Source: a virus (lineage: Duplodnaviria > Caudoviricetes). Taken from it: a DNA stretch of 64,000 bases. Of this stretch, positions 1 to 8,279 are shown in pieces. The stretch is taken from positions 256,001-320,000 of the IMG/VR virus record IMGVR_UViG_3300024331_000007. One strand, written 5' to 3'. Within the stretch, counting starts at the first letter, position 1. The number at the start of each line of letters is the position of its first letter. The notes below the pieces were generated by a model. The model ran no database searches. It saw only the letters and a list, made by a program, of their open reading frames with translations, and was not told the DNA's origin. The translations under genes and the position numbers were made by a program.

Positions 1-202
1 CCTCTTCGTCGGACATTTTTCTAATGTTGCGTGAAGCTTTCTGAGCACCATCGTTAAATCTTGAGGTTTGAGTCAGAACAGCCAGCCCCAATGTTTCTCT
101 GACTGATGAAACTTTTCCAGTCTCCATAAATGGTTCACGAAGATTGTGCCGCCAATATACCATATCACCACTGGCTAGCTCTACCCCATCAACATCTTTC
201 AT
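1..202 (-). CDS. KOW/SH3-like small protein, family A (3' end runs off the window)
   Basis: Manual translation MKDVDGVELASGDMVYW...RNIRKMSDEE; ATG at 202 overlaps the upstream stop (ATGA); paralogous to 420-653 and 650-874. Confidence 0.8.
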   Translation of the reverse strand, partial: MKDVDGVELASGDMVYWRHNLREPFMETGKVSSVRETLGLAVLTQTSRFNDGAQKASRNIRKMSDEE

Positions 203-423
203 GAGTGTTCCAACTTCCACAGCATTGCTTTCTCGTCAGATAATTTTACAAGTTTGTTAGGTGGAATATAAAACGTATAAGAGAGTATATCATCGTCCAA
301 AATACTAATGTTTGGGAACTCTACTTGCGCCATTTTGGTTTTTCTATTCATAGCCTGAACAACACCAATCATACTTTTCTTTTGACGATGTTTACATCTA
401 ACAATATCACCCTTATTAATCAT
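199..423 (-). CDS. KOW/SH3-like small protein, family A, with LWKLE tail
   Basis: MINKGDIVRC...KLSDEKAMLWKLEHS; start 423 chosen from ATGA overlap. Confidence 0.8.
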   Translation of the reverse strand: MINKGDIVRCKHRQKKSMIGVVQAMNRKTKMAQVEFPNISILDDDILSYTFYIPPNKLVKLSDEKAMLWKLEHS

Positions 424-653
424 GCGTTTTCCAACTTCCACAGCATCATAATTTCAGGAGATGCTTTTTTTAAATTTGTGAGGTATTTGGTCATCACTTT
501 GTCTGCTCTTACATCAGTAACGTCAATCCATTCTCCACTTGAGTATGATGATGTTACTGTTCCTAATCTGTTGTATGAGAAATTTTCTTCATCACTCATC
601 TTCCACAAGACCAAATCCCCGTAATCAAGTTTATTATTGTCAACGTCTTTCAT
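420..653 (-). CDS. KOW/SH3-like small protein, family A, with LWKLE tail
   Basis: MKDVDNNKLDYGDLVLW...EIMMLWKLENA; start 653 from ATGA overlap. Confidence 0.8.
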   Translation of the reverse strand: MKDVDNNKLDYGDLVLWKMSDEENFSYNRLGTVTSSYSSGEWIDVTDVRADKVMTKYLTNLKKASPEIMMLWKLENA

Positions 654-874
654 ACGTTTTCTAGCTGCCACAGCATTGCCTCTTCGTCGGACATTTTTCG
701 TACATTGATAGGAAGCTTTTCCACTAACATACGATTAGTTGTTCGAATGGTTAAATAAGGAGTTTCCTGCGGCGATCCTACAATTCCGATACTGCTAAAG
801 GAATTATATTCTCCGTTAATTCTGTACCAAACTATGTCTCCCACTTCCAGTATTTTTCCGTCGGTATCTTTCAC
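650..874 (-). CDS. KOW/SH3-like small protein, family A
   Basis: MKDTDGKILEVGDIVWY...KMSDEEAMLWQLENV; GTG start overlapping the upstream stop. Confidence 0.8.
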   Translation of the reverse strand: MKDTDGKILEVGDIVWYRINGEYNSFSSIGIVGSPQETPYLTIRTTNRMLVEKLPINVRKMSDEEAMLWQLENV

Positions 875-1101
875 GCGCTCTCCAATTTTGTTACCATATT
901 ATGAAGGATAGTTCTGGCAGCACGATACCAGCATTGTTCTTCACTGGTAAAACTATATTCAATTGCCTTTTCGCTGGTTGTATTCGGATCAACGTTTTCG
1001 GGAAAAATCATATACCACTCGCCCATTGATTCGGATCGGGTATGGCATTTGCAGTTTGGATAAACTGCTTGGACTATTGCTTTGTGTTCTTCAATATTCA
1101 T
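871..1101 (-). CDS. YP-AW-KLE family small protein (family B)
   Basis: IVQAVYPNC...QCWYRAARTILHNMVTKLESA. Confidence 0.85.
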   Translation of the reverse strand: MNIEEHKAIVQAVYPNCKCHTRSESMGEWYMIFPENVDPNTTSEKAIEYSFTSEEQCWYRAARTILHNMVTKLESA

Positions 1102-1427
1102 TATGACGCTTTCTTACTTCTTCGAAAAATAATCGGTGATCGCGGTTTGTCTTGTGTATTACCTTCAAGCTGATACATGATTTCTTCGTCAATGTGTTGG
1201 CGAATTTCCTTCCAAGTTTTTCGCCAGTCATCGTGACCATCCGTGCGATAGACAATCCCTAAAAGATTGCCTTTAATTTCGTCAGTGGCGTTTGAAACAT
1301 CATACACAGCCATGTTCCTTTCCCACCATCGTTTTATTTCTATTTTTGTGTACATGTTGCGAATGTATCGTTCATTCTCATCCATGTCTCCATCACCAAA
1401 CCAACCACCATCTTCAAAAATTGCCAT
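1101..1427 (-). CDS. Diverged, extended family B-like protein
   Basis: YIRNMY...LLG...WKEIRQHIDEEIMYQLEG; coupled to neighbours. Confidence 0.7.
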   Translation of the reverse strand: MAIFEDGGWFGDGDMDENERYIRNMYTKIEIKRWWERNMAVYDVSNATDEIKGNLLGIVYRTDGHDDWRKTWKEIRQHIDEEIMYQLEGNTQDKPRSPIIFRRSKKAS

Positions 1428-1630
1428 TAGCTCTCCAATTCTTCCAGCATATCTTTACGCAATGTTCTGGCGGCACTTCTCCATGCAACAGTATTCGAAT
1501 ATCCACTATAGCCCAAAACCTTTAGTCCGATTGGATCAGCGTATATCACGTATTTGACTCTTTCAACTTTGTTGTCTTCGTCACAGAATGCTTTTTTATA
1601 CACACTCCTGACGAATGATTTATTTGTCAT
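1427..1630 (-). CDS. Family B small protein
   Basis: MTNKSFVRSVY...AWRSAARTLRKDMLEELES. Confidence 0.85.
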   Translation of the reverse strand: MTNKSFVRSVYKKAFCDEDNKVERVKYVIYADPIGLKVLGYSGYSNTVAWRSAARTLRKDMLEELES

Positions 1631-1845
1631 GATTTTAAATGTGCCAGCATCTTGCGTCCCATATCAACAACGGCATCTTTCCATGCAAGATGTGGAGTTG
1701 GCCCCCACCCCATTATATTCCTGATTCCCTTTCTGCTTGTTTGAACATATACAACGTACTTATCAAACAGAATGTTATCATTCTTGCCTTTCAACTCACA
1801 TACTGCTGAGGGATAGACATTCAAATATTTGTCTTTATATGTCAT
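1627..1845 (-). CDS. Family B small protein
   Basis: YLNVYPSA...GWGPTPHLAWKDAVVDMGRKMLAHLKS. Confidence 0.85.
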   Translation of the reverse strand: MTYKDKYLNVYPSAVCELKGKNDNILFDKYVVYVQTSRKGIRNIMGWGPTPHLAWKDAVVDMGRKMLAHLKS

Positions 1846-2051
1846 TCTTTTTCCAGAATCGATACCATTTTCTTTCCAATTGCTTCAGCGGCCATGTCCC
1901 ATGCTTTTTCTTCGCTCTCCATATCGTACCCGATCATGTTTGGCGCTAATCCACCAAAATCATAGATCAAATAATACGAACCAGACGGAGATGGAATTTC
2001 TCGGCATTCCGCCTGTGGGCAAGCACCCATCACTACTTTTTTGTTTTTCAT
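1842..2051 (-). CDS. Family B small protein
   Basis: VVMGACPQA...EEKAWDMAAEAIGKKMVSILEKE. Confidence 0.85.
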   Translation of the reverse strand: MKNKKVVMGACPQAECREIPSPSGSYYLIYDFGGLAPNMIGYDMESEEKAWDMAAEAIGKKMVSILEKE

Positions 2052-2269
2052 TTTTCAAACCTTTCCAACATTGAATTTTTGATTTTATCCGCAGCGTACT
2101 TCCAAACTCTTTTCGGTGGTCCCGGTATCAACTGATTAGATATAACTGAATCGCCGTTCCTTATGTAATACAATTGGTTTAATTTCGCATGGTATCCAGA
2201 AGCCCCAAAGGTTGTTATTGCAAGTCTAGCCTTTGGATATATGCTCAGCACCAATTCCTTATTAGTCAC
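2048..2269 (-). CDS. Family B small protein
   Basis: MTNKELVLSIYPKA...VWKYAADKIKNSMLERFEK. Confidence 0.85.
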   Translation of the reverse strand: MTNKELVLSIYPKARLAITTFGASGYHAKLNQLYYIRNGDSVISNQLIPGPPKRVWKYAADKIKNSMLERFEK

Positions 2270-2486
2270 TGTTACCCTCTAACTTTCTGAGCATTGTCAG
2301 TTGAATAGTTTCCCATGATGTTTTCCAAGCATCTCTGCTGGATGTTCCATAACCCAATAGTTGATGCATCCGTGTTCCGTTTTTGCCCATCCACGTATAA
2401 TACACTCTCCACTGCCGTTTATCACCAACTACTTGTTTGCATGTGGAATTTGGATGAACTCGCAGTACATAATCTCTTGCTGTCAT
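2262..2486 (-). CDS. Family B small protein
   Basis: VLRVHPNS...GYGTSSRDAWKTSWETIQLTMLRKLEG. Confidence 0.85.
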   Translation of the reverse strand: MTARDYVLRVHPNSTCKQVVGDKRQWRVYYTWMGKNGTRMHQLLGYGTSSRDAWKTSWETIQLTMLRKLEGNSD

Positions 2487-2698
2487 GCAGCCTCTAACTG
2501 TGAAAGCATTTTTTGCCTGAATGTTTCAGCAACCTGTTTCCATGCATCTTCTTCGCTCATATAACTGTGACCAACAATGTATTCGCGATTGTGACCATCC
2601 ATTGCATAAATCACATACATGGATTCGGCGTCTGTATACTCTTGGAGCATACATATCGCAGTGGGTAATACGGATTGAACAAACTTTTTCTCACTCAT
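2483..2698 (-). CDS. Family B small protein
   Basis: MSEKKFVQSVLPTA...SEEDAWKQVAETFRQKMLSQLEAA. Confidence 0.85.
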   Translation of the reverse strand: MSEKKFVQSVLPTAICMLQEYTDAESMYVIYAMDGHNREYIVGHSYMSEEDAWKQVAETFRQKMLSQLEAA

Positions 2699-2916
2699 CT
2701 GGTTAACTCTCTTAACATCAATTCCTGAATAACTTTTGCTGCGCTATACCAAGCCTCTTCCTCTGTTCTTCCCATTCCAATCAAATCAGTTCGTGCGCCT
2801 TCTATTGTTCGACCCAATTCGTATATTCCAAATCCTCTTCCACCAACATACACTCGACCAAAGATTGCGTCGGCAAATGGAAACGTTGCATGAACAACAG
2901 CCATATCATCTACCAT
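2695..2916 (-). CDS. Family B small protein
   Basis: MVDDMAVVHATFPFA...GMGRTEEEAWYSAAKVIQELMLRELTR; start moved to 2916. Confidence 0.8.
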   Translation of the reverse strand: MVDDMAVVHATFPFADAIFGRVYVGGRGFGIYELGRTIEGARTDLIGMGRTEEEAWYSAAKVIQELMLRELTR

Positions 2917-3164
2917 TCTAGTTTCTTCATCATTTTTCTTGTAATAACATTCCATGCATTTTCCCATGCTTTCGGTTGAGATTTTGTGCTGTATCCGATC
3001 CACACTTTCCCAAATTCATCTCCATAAATTTGGTAATGGACTGTATTGTCATCGAATGTCAATTTCATGCATCCAGCGTCGGGATATACCGCAACAACAT
3101 TCTGTTGACTATCAGTATTTAATCCAGCCATTTTTTCAATAGTTGCTGGGGTTCTGTGATTCAC
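2910..3164 (-). CDS. Family B small protein
   Basis: VVAVYPDA...PKAWENAWNVITRKMMKKLEW. Confidence 0.85.
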   Translation of the reverse strand: MNHRTPATIEKMAGLNTDSQQNVVAVYPDAGCMKLTFDDNTVHYQIYGDEFGKVWIGYSTKSQPKAWENAWNVITRKMMKKLEW

Positions 3165-3385
3165 GATTCTAACGTCTCCATCATTCTCTTTGTAATCTCA
3201 TTTGCAGCATCCTGCCATGCTTCCTTCGGAGTGCTTCCTGTTCCTAAAAGGCGCTTGTATGATGATTTTGTTCCTTTGGGTTGGCGTCGAATGAATACAC
3301 CAAAATAAATACGACCACTGGTGCTCTCGCCCTGATATAGGTAAGCTTCGGGATAAATTGATAGCACATGTGGTTTGGCTTTCAT
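3161..3385 (-). CDS. Family B small protein
   Basis: MKAKPHVLSIYPEA...GTGSTPKEAWQDAANEITKRMMETLES; start 3385. Confidence 0.85.
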   Translation of the reverse strand: MKAKPHVLSIYPEAYLYQGESTSGRIYFGVFIRRQPKGTKSSYKRLLGTGSTPKEAWQDAANEITKRMMETLES

Positions 3386-3573
3386 TGTTCCAGTTTCTGC
3401 ACCATTCTTTTGCAAATTCTATTTGCAGCCTGTTCCCATACAGCTTCTTCAGATTCATAGCTAATCGCCAGATACTCCGTTCCGATCCAAACCCCAAAGA
3501 ATCCTTCAAGGCTTTGATCTGTCACAAGTCTTACGTTTGGGTATGCTGCTTTTACTATGTCTTTATTCATCAA
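3382..3573 (-). CDS. Family B small protein
   Basis: IVKAAYPNV...SEEAVWEQAANRICKRMVQKLEQ. Confidence 0.85.
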   Translation of the reverse strand: MMNKDIVKAAYPNVRLVTDQSLEGFFGVWIGTEYLAISYESEEAVWEQAANRICKRMVQKLEQ

Positions 3574-3782
3574 TTCTCCAACTTTCTCATCATCATGCGA
3601 TTTATATCAATCGCTGCATCCTTCCACGCTTCACTTCTTGATGAATGCCATTCGTTTGATATCGGCCTGCCAGTTGAAAGATCAAAAATTGCAAAGAATG
3701 TTTTAGGCGAAAGAACAGTTGTTTCACTGGTAACACATTTTGCTTCTGGATAAACTGTTAATACCAATTTTCTGTTTTTCAC
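3570..3782 (-). CDS. Family B small protein
   Basis: VLTVYPEA...SEAWKDAAIDINRMMMRKLEN. Confidence 0.85.
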   Translation of the reverse strand: MKNRKLVLTVYPEAKCVTSETTVLSPKTFFAIFDLSTGRPISNEWHSSRSEAWKDAAIDINRMMMRKLEN

Positions 3783-3994
3783 GATGCAAGTGTCCTGAGT
3801 ATTTCGTAGTTCAAATTATCCGCTGCTGCTTGCCACGCCATTTCTTTTGTGGTTGACTTTCGCATATTACGCCAGCACATTGAAAGGTTTGTCCCATCAC
3901 TTGTGCGAACAAACCACTGTTTACTGACACGAACGCTCTGAATGCATTTAGCATCTGGGTACAATGACAACACGAATTTTTGTTCTGGTATCAT
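3779..3994 (-). CDS. Family B small protein
   Basis: MIPEQKFVLSLYPDA...EMAWQAAADNLNYEILRTLAS; start 3994. Confidence 0.85.
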   Translation of the reverse strand: MIPEQKFVLSLYPDAKCIQSVRVSKQWFVRTSDGTNLSMCWRNMRKSTTKEMAWQAAADNLNYEILRTLAS

Positions 3995-4206
3995 CCTTCT
4001 AATTTCTTCAAAAATTGTTTTTGAACCATATCGTAGCTCTTTTGCCATGCTAGGCTTTCCTGTTTGTCGTCCGAATCAAGGTAGTATCTGTCGCCATGCT
4101 CATAATAACAAATGATTACAAATGAATCAGTTACTGATGGTTTTAAAAACCATACAGCCTGTGCCGTTGGATACATCTTCAATAAAGAACGTTTTGCGTT
4201 TTTCAT
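3991..4206 (-). CDS. Family B small protein
   Basis: LLKMYPTA...SLAWQKSYDMVQKQFLKKLEG. Confidence 0.85.
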   Translation of the reverse strand: MKNAKRSLLKMYPTAQAVWFLKPSVTDSFVIICYYEHGDRYYLDSDDKQESLAWQKSYDMVQKQFLKKLEG

Positions 4207-4412
4207 GCTTCCAGCTTTTCCAATGCCAGTCTTCCAAGTTCATTTCGAGCAAATTCCCACGCTGTGTTAGGTTTCAATGATGGACCGCCCATCATTGTAG
4301 GGAATCGAGTAGGCAGAGCCACATAGTAAAAGAATCTTTGACCACCAAAAGACTTTACTTTTCTGAGTTTGGCTTCTGGAAAACTCTGTAGAACTATTTG
4401 TCTTGCTGTCAT
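4203..4412 (-). CDS. Family B small protein
   Basis: VLQSFPEA...TAWEFARNELGRLALEKLEA. Confidence 0.85.
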   Translation of the reverse strand: MTARQIVLQSFPEAKLRKVKSFGGQRFFYYVALPTRFPTMMGGPSLKPNTAWEFARNELGRLALEKLEA

Positions 4413-4651
4413 TACGACTCCAGTTTCTTAACCATCTTTTTTCCAATCCCCGCAGCCGCATCTTTCCATGCTCCAGCACGAGATGTCTGATGATAACCAA
4501 GAATTTGCATGTTCTTGTTCTCATCAATGTAAGATATCATAAATCCTTTGCCATTATTGAATATCGGACGACAATGAGCATTCTTGTATGAGGCGCGGGC
4601 TACGTTTCGTTCAGCTACCGCCTGTACTTCGTTTTTCGTCGTTGTCATCAA
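4412..4651 (-). CDS. Family B small protein
   Basis: VARASYKNA...GAWKDAAAGIGKKMVKKLES. Confidence 0.85.
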   Translation of the reverse strand: MMTTTKNEVQAVAERNVARASYKNAHCRPIFNNGKGFMISYIDENKNMQILGYHQTSRAGAWKDAAAGIGKKMVKKLES

Positions 4652-4869
4652 TTCTCCAACTTTAATAAGAAGTCATTCTTTATTTCTTCTGCTGCTGTCA
4701 TCCACGCATCAGGTTCATTTATGAAACTGCTTCCGACCGTGTCAAGAATATCAGTGGTTCTGCTATTCTGAAACACCGTAAACGAACCCCACAGATACTT
4801 ACATACTGCATTTGGATAAACACCAAGAACTACATTTCTAGCCTCGATAAAATCGTTGTAATAGCTCAT
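4648..4869 (-). CDS. Family B small protein
   Basis: VLGVYPNA...EPDAWMTAAEEIKNDFLLKLEN. Confidence 0.85.
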   Translation of the reverse strand: MSYYNDFIEARNVVLGVYPNAVCKYLWGSFTVFQNSRTTDILDTVGSSFINEPDAWMTAAEEIKNDFLLKLEN

Positions 4870-5099
4870 GATTCCAACTTCTTCAATAATTTTTGGCCCA
4901 TAACCTGTTTAGCCCAATACACAGAATTTCTCCAAGCCAATATTTCATTTTTTTGACTTGCTCCCAGATTGTCAATTTGAGTTCCATAATCAAAATATAT
5001 GATATACCACCGCGTTGTTTTCCCGCGATATGTATTATTAACTGCTACACATCTGGCACTTGGAAAATGTAGTTTGACAAATTTTTCGGCCCTAGTCAT
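4866..5099 (-). CDS. Family B small protein
   Basis: FVKLHFPSA...EILAWRNS...KLLKKLES. Confidence 0.85.
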   Translation of the reverse strand: MTRAEKFVKLHFPSARCVAVNNTYRGKTTRWYIIYFDYGTQIDNLGASQKNEILAWRNSVYWAKQVMGQKLLKKLES

Positions 5100-5102
5100 G
5101 CA

Positions 5103-5300
5103 TCAAAAACCTTTCAGGATTGAGCGAAAGATGGATCGAAGCACTGCACCGTTTGACGGGAGTTTATGGAAATTGTGAAAATTGTGAAAGTCATTTGGAT
5201 CAAATTCAACAAAATGCTCGTATGTAGTTTTCCCATGTACTTGTCTGAGAATCCTCTTTCCGTCCATTGTTATTTTCTGCATGGTTTCAACAGTTGTCAT
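5103..5300 (-). CDS. Small protein with C-terminal amphipathic helix
   Basis: Ends AVLRSIFRSILKGF; coupled by ATGA. Confidence 0.7.
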   Translation of the reverse strand: MTTVETMQKITMDGKRILRQVHGKTTYEHFVEFDPNDFHNFHNFHKLPSNGAVLRSIFRSILKGF

Positions 5301-5488
5301 CTGATTCCAAACCCTTTCAGTATCGAACGACCAATTGCCAGTAAAACTTTTCCAGAAGATGGTATTACTTCAAAACATGTTATCGTAGCCTTATGTTTGC
5401 CTTTTTGAACTGTGTAAAACTGAGACACCTTATAGGTGTCTGCCATTGCCAATGGAAAAAGTTCTTTGACTCTTTGTTCGTTCGTCAT
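5297..5488 (-). CDS. Family B-like N-terminus with swapped amphipathic C-terminus
   Basis: MTNEQRVKELFPLA...KVLLAIGRSILKGFGIR; start 5488 from ATGA overlap. Confidence 0.7.
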   Translation of the reverse strand: MTNEQRVKELFPLAMADTYKVSQFYTVQKGKHKATITCFEVIPSSGKVLLAIGRSILKGFGIR

Positions 5489-5592
5489 TTTGAAATCAAA
5501 CCCTTCCAAATCACATTCAAAAGAACAGTCAACACTTTCTTGCGCGATGCTACAGGTGGGACGTATGGATTATACACTCCACCGTCCCACAT
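5485..5592 (-). CDS. 35-aa peptide with amphipathic C-terminal helix
   Basis: MWDGGVYNPYVPPVASRKKVLTVLLNVIWKGLISK; start just after the 5598 stop; tail resembles the two downstream genes. Confidence 0.5.
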   Translation of the reverse strand: MWDGGVYNPYVPPVASRKKVLTVLLNVIWKGLISK

Positions 5593-5597
5593 TTCTC

Positions 5598-6803
5598 TCA
5601 CTTCACACCCCGAAGCAAGATGCTGTCTCCGTTGATTGCTTCGCGAAGCGGAGTAGCAACGGCCTTGATTCCATTGAACCACTTGACGGCACCCGGCTTG
5701 CCATAGTTGGAAAATTCCTTCAACTGTTCGGCTGGCTTACGCAGAGTTTTTTGCACACTCTTTGTAGGATCGATGTTCGTCAAACGAGTGCTTTTGACTT
5801 CAAAAGACATTCCATTCAACGCAACATAGTGTCCTAATTTCCGAAGGCGAGTATTGTAAACCCACAATTCAGAGCATTTCAAAACTTGCGTTGCGTCAAT
5901 GCTCGTCAACTTCAATTCCTTGTACTCACGAAGAAACTTGAGTTTCGAAACAATCTTCGAGGGTGGTTTTGGTTTGCGCTGGCGAGTCTTATGCATGCTC
6001 TGCTTTTGATGACTGAACACGCTAATCTCGCTGATTGCTGTTTCCCACCATTCGATGGCCGCTTTCATCTTGCGCTTTCCTACGTGTTCATAGGACTCAG
6101 CAATTTGTGCATCTTTTCCAGCAAGTGCAGTTTTGTACTCGCTCAAATACTTCTGACAATAGTCAATCAAATCCTTTGAGCGATTCGCGGGAATTGTTGT
6201 TTCAGGGTCTTTCAGAATAGAGGAAACGGAAGGCGCTTTCTTCGCGGTTGAATAATCCGCTCCCACGAATTGATCGAATGCGTAATCCACTTCACCGCAA
6301 ACTTTACGAATCCGCGCTCTGAGATGATCCTGAATGTTTGGTTTTGATGTACTTCCTGCTTCCTTCTCTTCAATCTGCTTTTGATTAGTAAGACATTCCT
6401 TGATGAACTTCACGATGAAACGGCGTTCACGAAAACGCAGGAACAGTCCGACATGTGCCATACGCAAAACCTTGGCGACGGTAACAGAAAAAGTCAGTGT
6501 GGAATTTTTGATGGCAATAAGAAGTTCAGGAAAATGACCGCTCAAACCCAATGCGGAAAGTCCAAGTGCAATCAGTTCCTTATCTTCCTGAGTCTGTGCG
6601 TACCAGTTCAAGGCTGCGCTTAATTGTTTGTCATACTCAGTGCGAGTCCATGCCTTTTGAACATCGATAGAAGGCCACGTTGGTTCTGTTTCTCCAATGT
6701 ATTTCGCTCCCTCGCGTTTGAAATGCAAGGTACGAATGGGCTTCAAAGCCGCTGGCTGAAAAGAGCGTACAGGTCTGGAAGGCGTTTTTGCGCTGTTCTT
6801 CAT
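5598..6803 (-). CDS. Conserved T4-superfamily hypothetical protein
   Basis: 401 aa; C-terminal block ELWVYNTRLRKLGHY...SVQKTLRKPAEQLKEF recalled as conserved in large T4-like phages. Confidence 0.8.
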   Translation of the reverse strand: MKNSAKTPSRPVRSFQPAALKPIRTLHFKREGAKYIGETEPTWPSIDVQKAWTRTEYDKQLSAALNWYAQTQEDKELIALGLSALGLSGHFPELLIAIKNSTLTFSVTVAKVLRMAHVGLFLRFRERRFIVKFIKECLTNQKQIEEKEAGSTSKPNIQDHLRARIRKVCGEVDYAFDQFVGADYSTAKKAPSVSSILKDPETTIPANRSKDLIDYCQKYLSEYKTALAGKDAQIAESYEHVGKRKMKAAIEWWETAISEISVFSHQKQSMHKTRQRKPKPPSKIVSKLKFLREYKELKLTSIDATQVLKCSELWVYNTRLRKLGHYVALNGMSFEVKSTRLTNIDPTKSVQKTLRKPAEQLKEFSNYGKPGAVKWFNGIKAVATPLREAINGDSILLRGVK

Positions 6804-6809
6804 GTGCCT

Positions 6810-6838
6810 ATGATACCGAAGTTTAGAGCAAAAGTCAA
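6810..6838 (-). promoter_or_regulatory. Sigma70-type promoter for the leftward operon (predicted leaderless)
   Basis: TTGACT (6838-6833), 17 bp, TATCAT (6815-6810), then 6 nt to ATG 6803; no SD. Confidence 0.7.
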
Positions 6839-6899
6839 CGCAATCCGTAAAACCAGTGAAATCATATGCTTATTTGGCAAAATAAAATAAACTTTTTGG

Positions 6900-6928
6900 T
6901 TGCAATTCTGACCAAACTTTGCTATTCT
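6900..6928 (+). promoter_or_regulatory. Early promoter cassette 1
   Basis: TTGCAA, 17 bp, extended -10 TGcTATTCT, followed by conserved atatRRGTAGTCGAGARGGAG leader. Confidence 0.8.
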
Positions 6929-6954
6929 ATATAAGTAGTCGAGAGGGAGAAACG

Positions 6955-7272
6955 ATGAGACGGAGAGTACACACAATTGAAACCCTTCGGATGCAAGGCA
7001 AACTAAACAAAGACTTTGCAAAAACCACTCCCGACCATGCCACGGACGGAACGAAAGCCTATGATGTGATTGGCATTTCAGGTGATCATTGGCAGGTTCA
7101 CAAGCACGGATGCAGCGCAACGTTCTCCAAGCCGGGTCAAGTTTTGACTGCTGATCTTGTTTGGTCCGCAAAGACAACCGATATACCCGCGCAAGTTATT
7201 GATTCTGAACTTCTTGACATGGGTTTTGACTACACTTGCGTAGTTTTCCACAATTGCACAAAGAAATATTAA
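6955..7272 (+). CDS. Hypothetical early protein
   Basis: SD GAGGGAG before ATG 6955; MRRRVHTIETL... Confidence 0.75.
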   Translation: MRRRVHTIETLRMQGKLNKDFAKTTPDHATDGTKAYDVIGISGDHWQVHKHGCSATFSKPGQVLTADLVWSAKTTDIPAQVIDSELLDMGFDYTCVVFHNCTKKY

Positions 7273-7281
7273 ACTTTTTGG

Positions 7282-7310
7282 TTGACTTTGCCGCCAAAGT
7301 TTGATATTCT
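7282..7310 (+). promoter_or_regulatory. Early promoter cassette 2
   Basis: TTGACT, 17 bp, TGaTATTCT; same leader as cassette 1. Confidence 0.85.
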
Positions 7311-7335
7311 ATATGGGTAGTCGAGAAGGAGCCAC

Positions 7336-7563
7336 ATGAGCTACAAAGCAGCGATTAAGGTCGGTCTCGGAAACGAACGTAGCTACAACTCTCTGCGCTT
7401 TGCAACTCCCGAAGAAGCAACGGCCTATGCGAAGAATTTGTTCTCTCGCTGGATGCTCATGACTGGTTTTGAAGTCGAACCCTCTGAGGATGCCGTGAAC
7501 TATGTGTGGGAAAACAATGTACTTACGGCAATTGCCGTTACAAACCCACCGATCAGTGTATAA
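7336..7563 (+). CDS. Conserved phage hypothetical protein
   Basis: AAGGAG SD; NSLRFATPEEATAYA...RW...SEDAVNY. Confidence 0.8.
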   Translation: MSYKAAIKVGLGNERSYNSLRFATPEEATAYAKNLFSRWMLMTGFEVEPSEDAVNYVWENNVLTAIAVTNPPISV

Positions 7564-7591
7564 CCAATCTCAATATTCGGGAGAACAAACG

Positions 7592-7855
7592 ATGCGCCCA
7601 CTCAAGTTTGAAGGTGTTGCTGAAGTTGGAGACAAGATTCGCGCCTATGATTTTGAACCTATGGAGGGGCGTCCTGACCGCTATATCGAGGGCGTCGTTC
7701 GTGAAGTTGTTCAATGGGTTCGCGCTGGTGGATACAAAGCATATGACATTGTTCTGACATATGACAGCATGGGCGGAAGGCCAATAGGCACAGCAATTTA
7801 CGTTCCAATGGAAATTGGAATGGACTTCGACATTCGAGTTCAGAAAATCAGTTAA
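7592..7855 (+). CDS. Conserved phage hypothetical protein (SH3-like)
   Basis: GGGAG SD; MRPLKFEGVAEVGDKIRAYDF...YIEGVV. Confidence 0.8.
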   Translation: MRPLKFEGVAEVGDKIRAYDFEPMEGRPDRYIEGVVREVVQWVRAGGYKAYDIVLTYDSMGGRPIGTAIYVPMEIGMDFDIRVQKIS

Positions 7856-7903
7856 CCCCTTTGTTTCTGCACGAAAAAATGTCAGTATTTTCGCATAATT
7901 TGC

Positions 7904-7932
7904 TTGCATTCATGACCAAACTTTGATATTCT
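7904..7932 (+). promoter_or_regulatory. Early promoter cassette 3
   Basis: TTGCAT, 17 bp, TGaTATTCT; same leader. Confidence 0.8.
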
Positions 7933-7958
7933 ATATGAGTAGTCGAGAGGGAGACACA

Positions 7959-8279
7959 ATGATTGCAAACGCGAAAGTTTCTCAGAGGCTTGAAGGTTTC
8001 GTAGCAAAAGTACAGGCCGAAACACTTGCGTATTACGCCAAAAAGTTCCCTACGCTCATTCCTTCGATCATCGAAGTTGAAGAGGGCAGCAAGTTCTATC
8101 GCATCGTAAAAGCAGAGCGTGGTACACGTAGCGTTCACTCGTTTGTGTCCAAGGCGAACGGCGACATTTTCAAGGCTGCTGGTTGGAAGGCACCCGCGAA
8201 GCATGTTCGTGGCAACATCTTTGCCGCTGATTACGGCTGGTCTTCAATGAATGTGTATGGCGCGAAATATCTCCGCTAA
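7959..8279 (+). CDS. Conserved phage hypothetical protein
   Basis: GSKFYRIV...SVHSFVSKANGDIFKAAGWKAPAKHVRGNI, a widespread phage motif (recalled). Confidence 0.85.
   Translation: MIANAKVSQRLEGFVAKVQAETLAYYAKKFPTLIPSIIEVEEGSKFYRIVKAERGTRSVHSFVSKANGDIFKAAGWKAPAKHVRGNIFAADYGWSSMNVYGAKYLR

Noticed and set aside
5168-5190. Short tandem repeat GAAATTGTG-AAAATTGTG-AAAG (HNFHNFH)
   Set aside because: Two copies of a 9-mer; most likely a local slippage duplication with no evident function.
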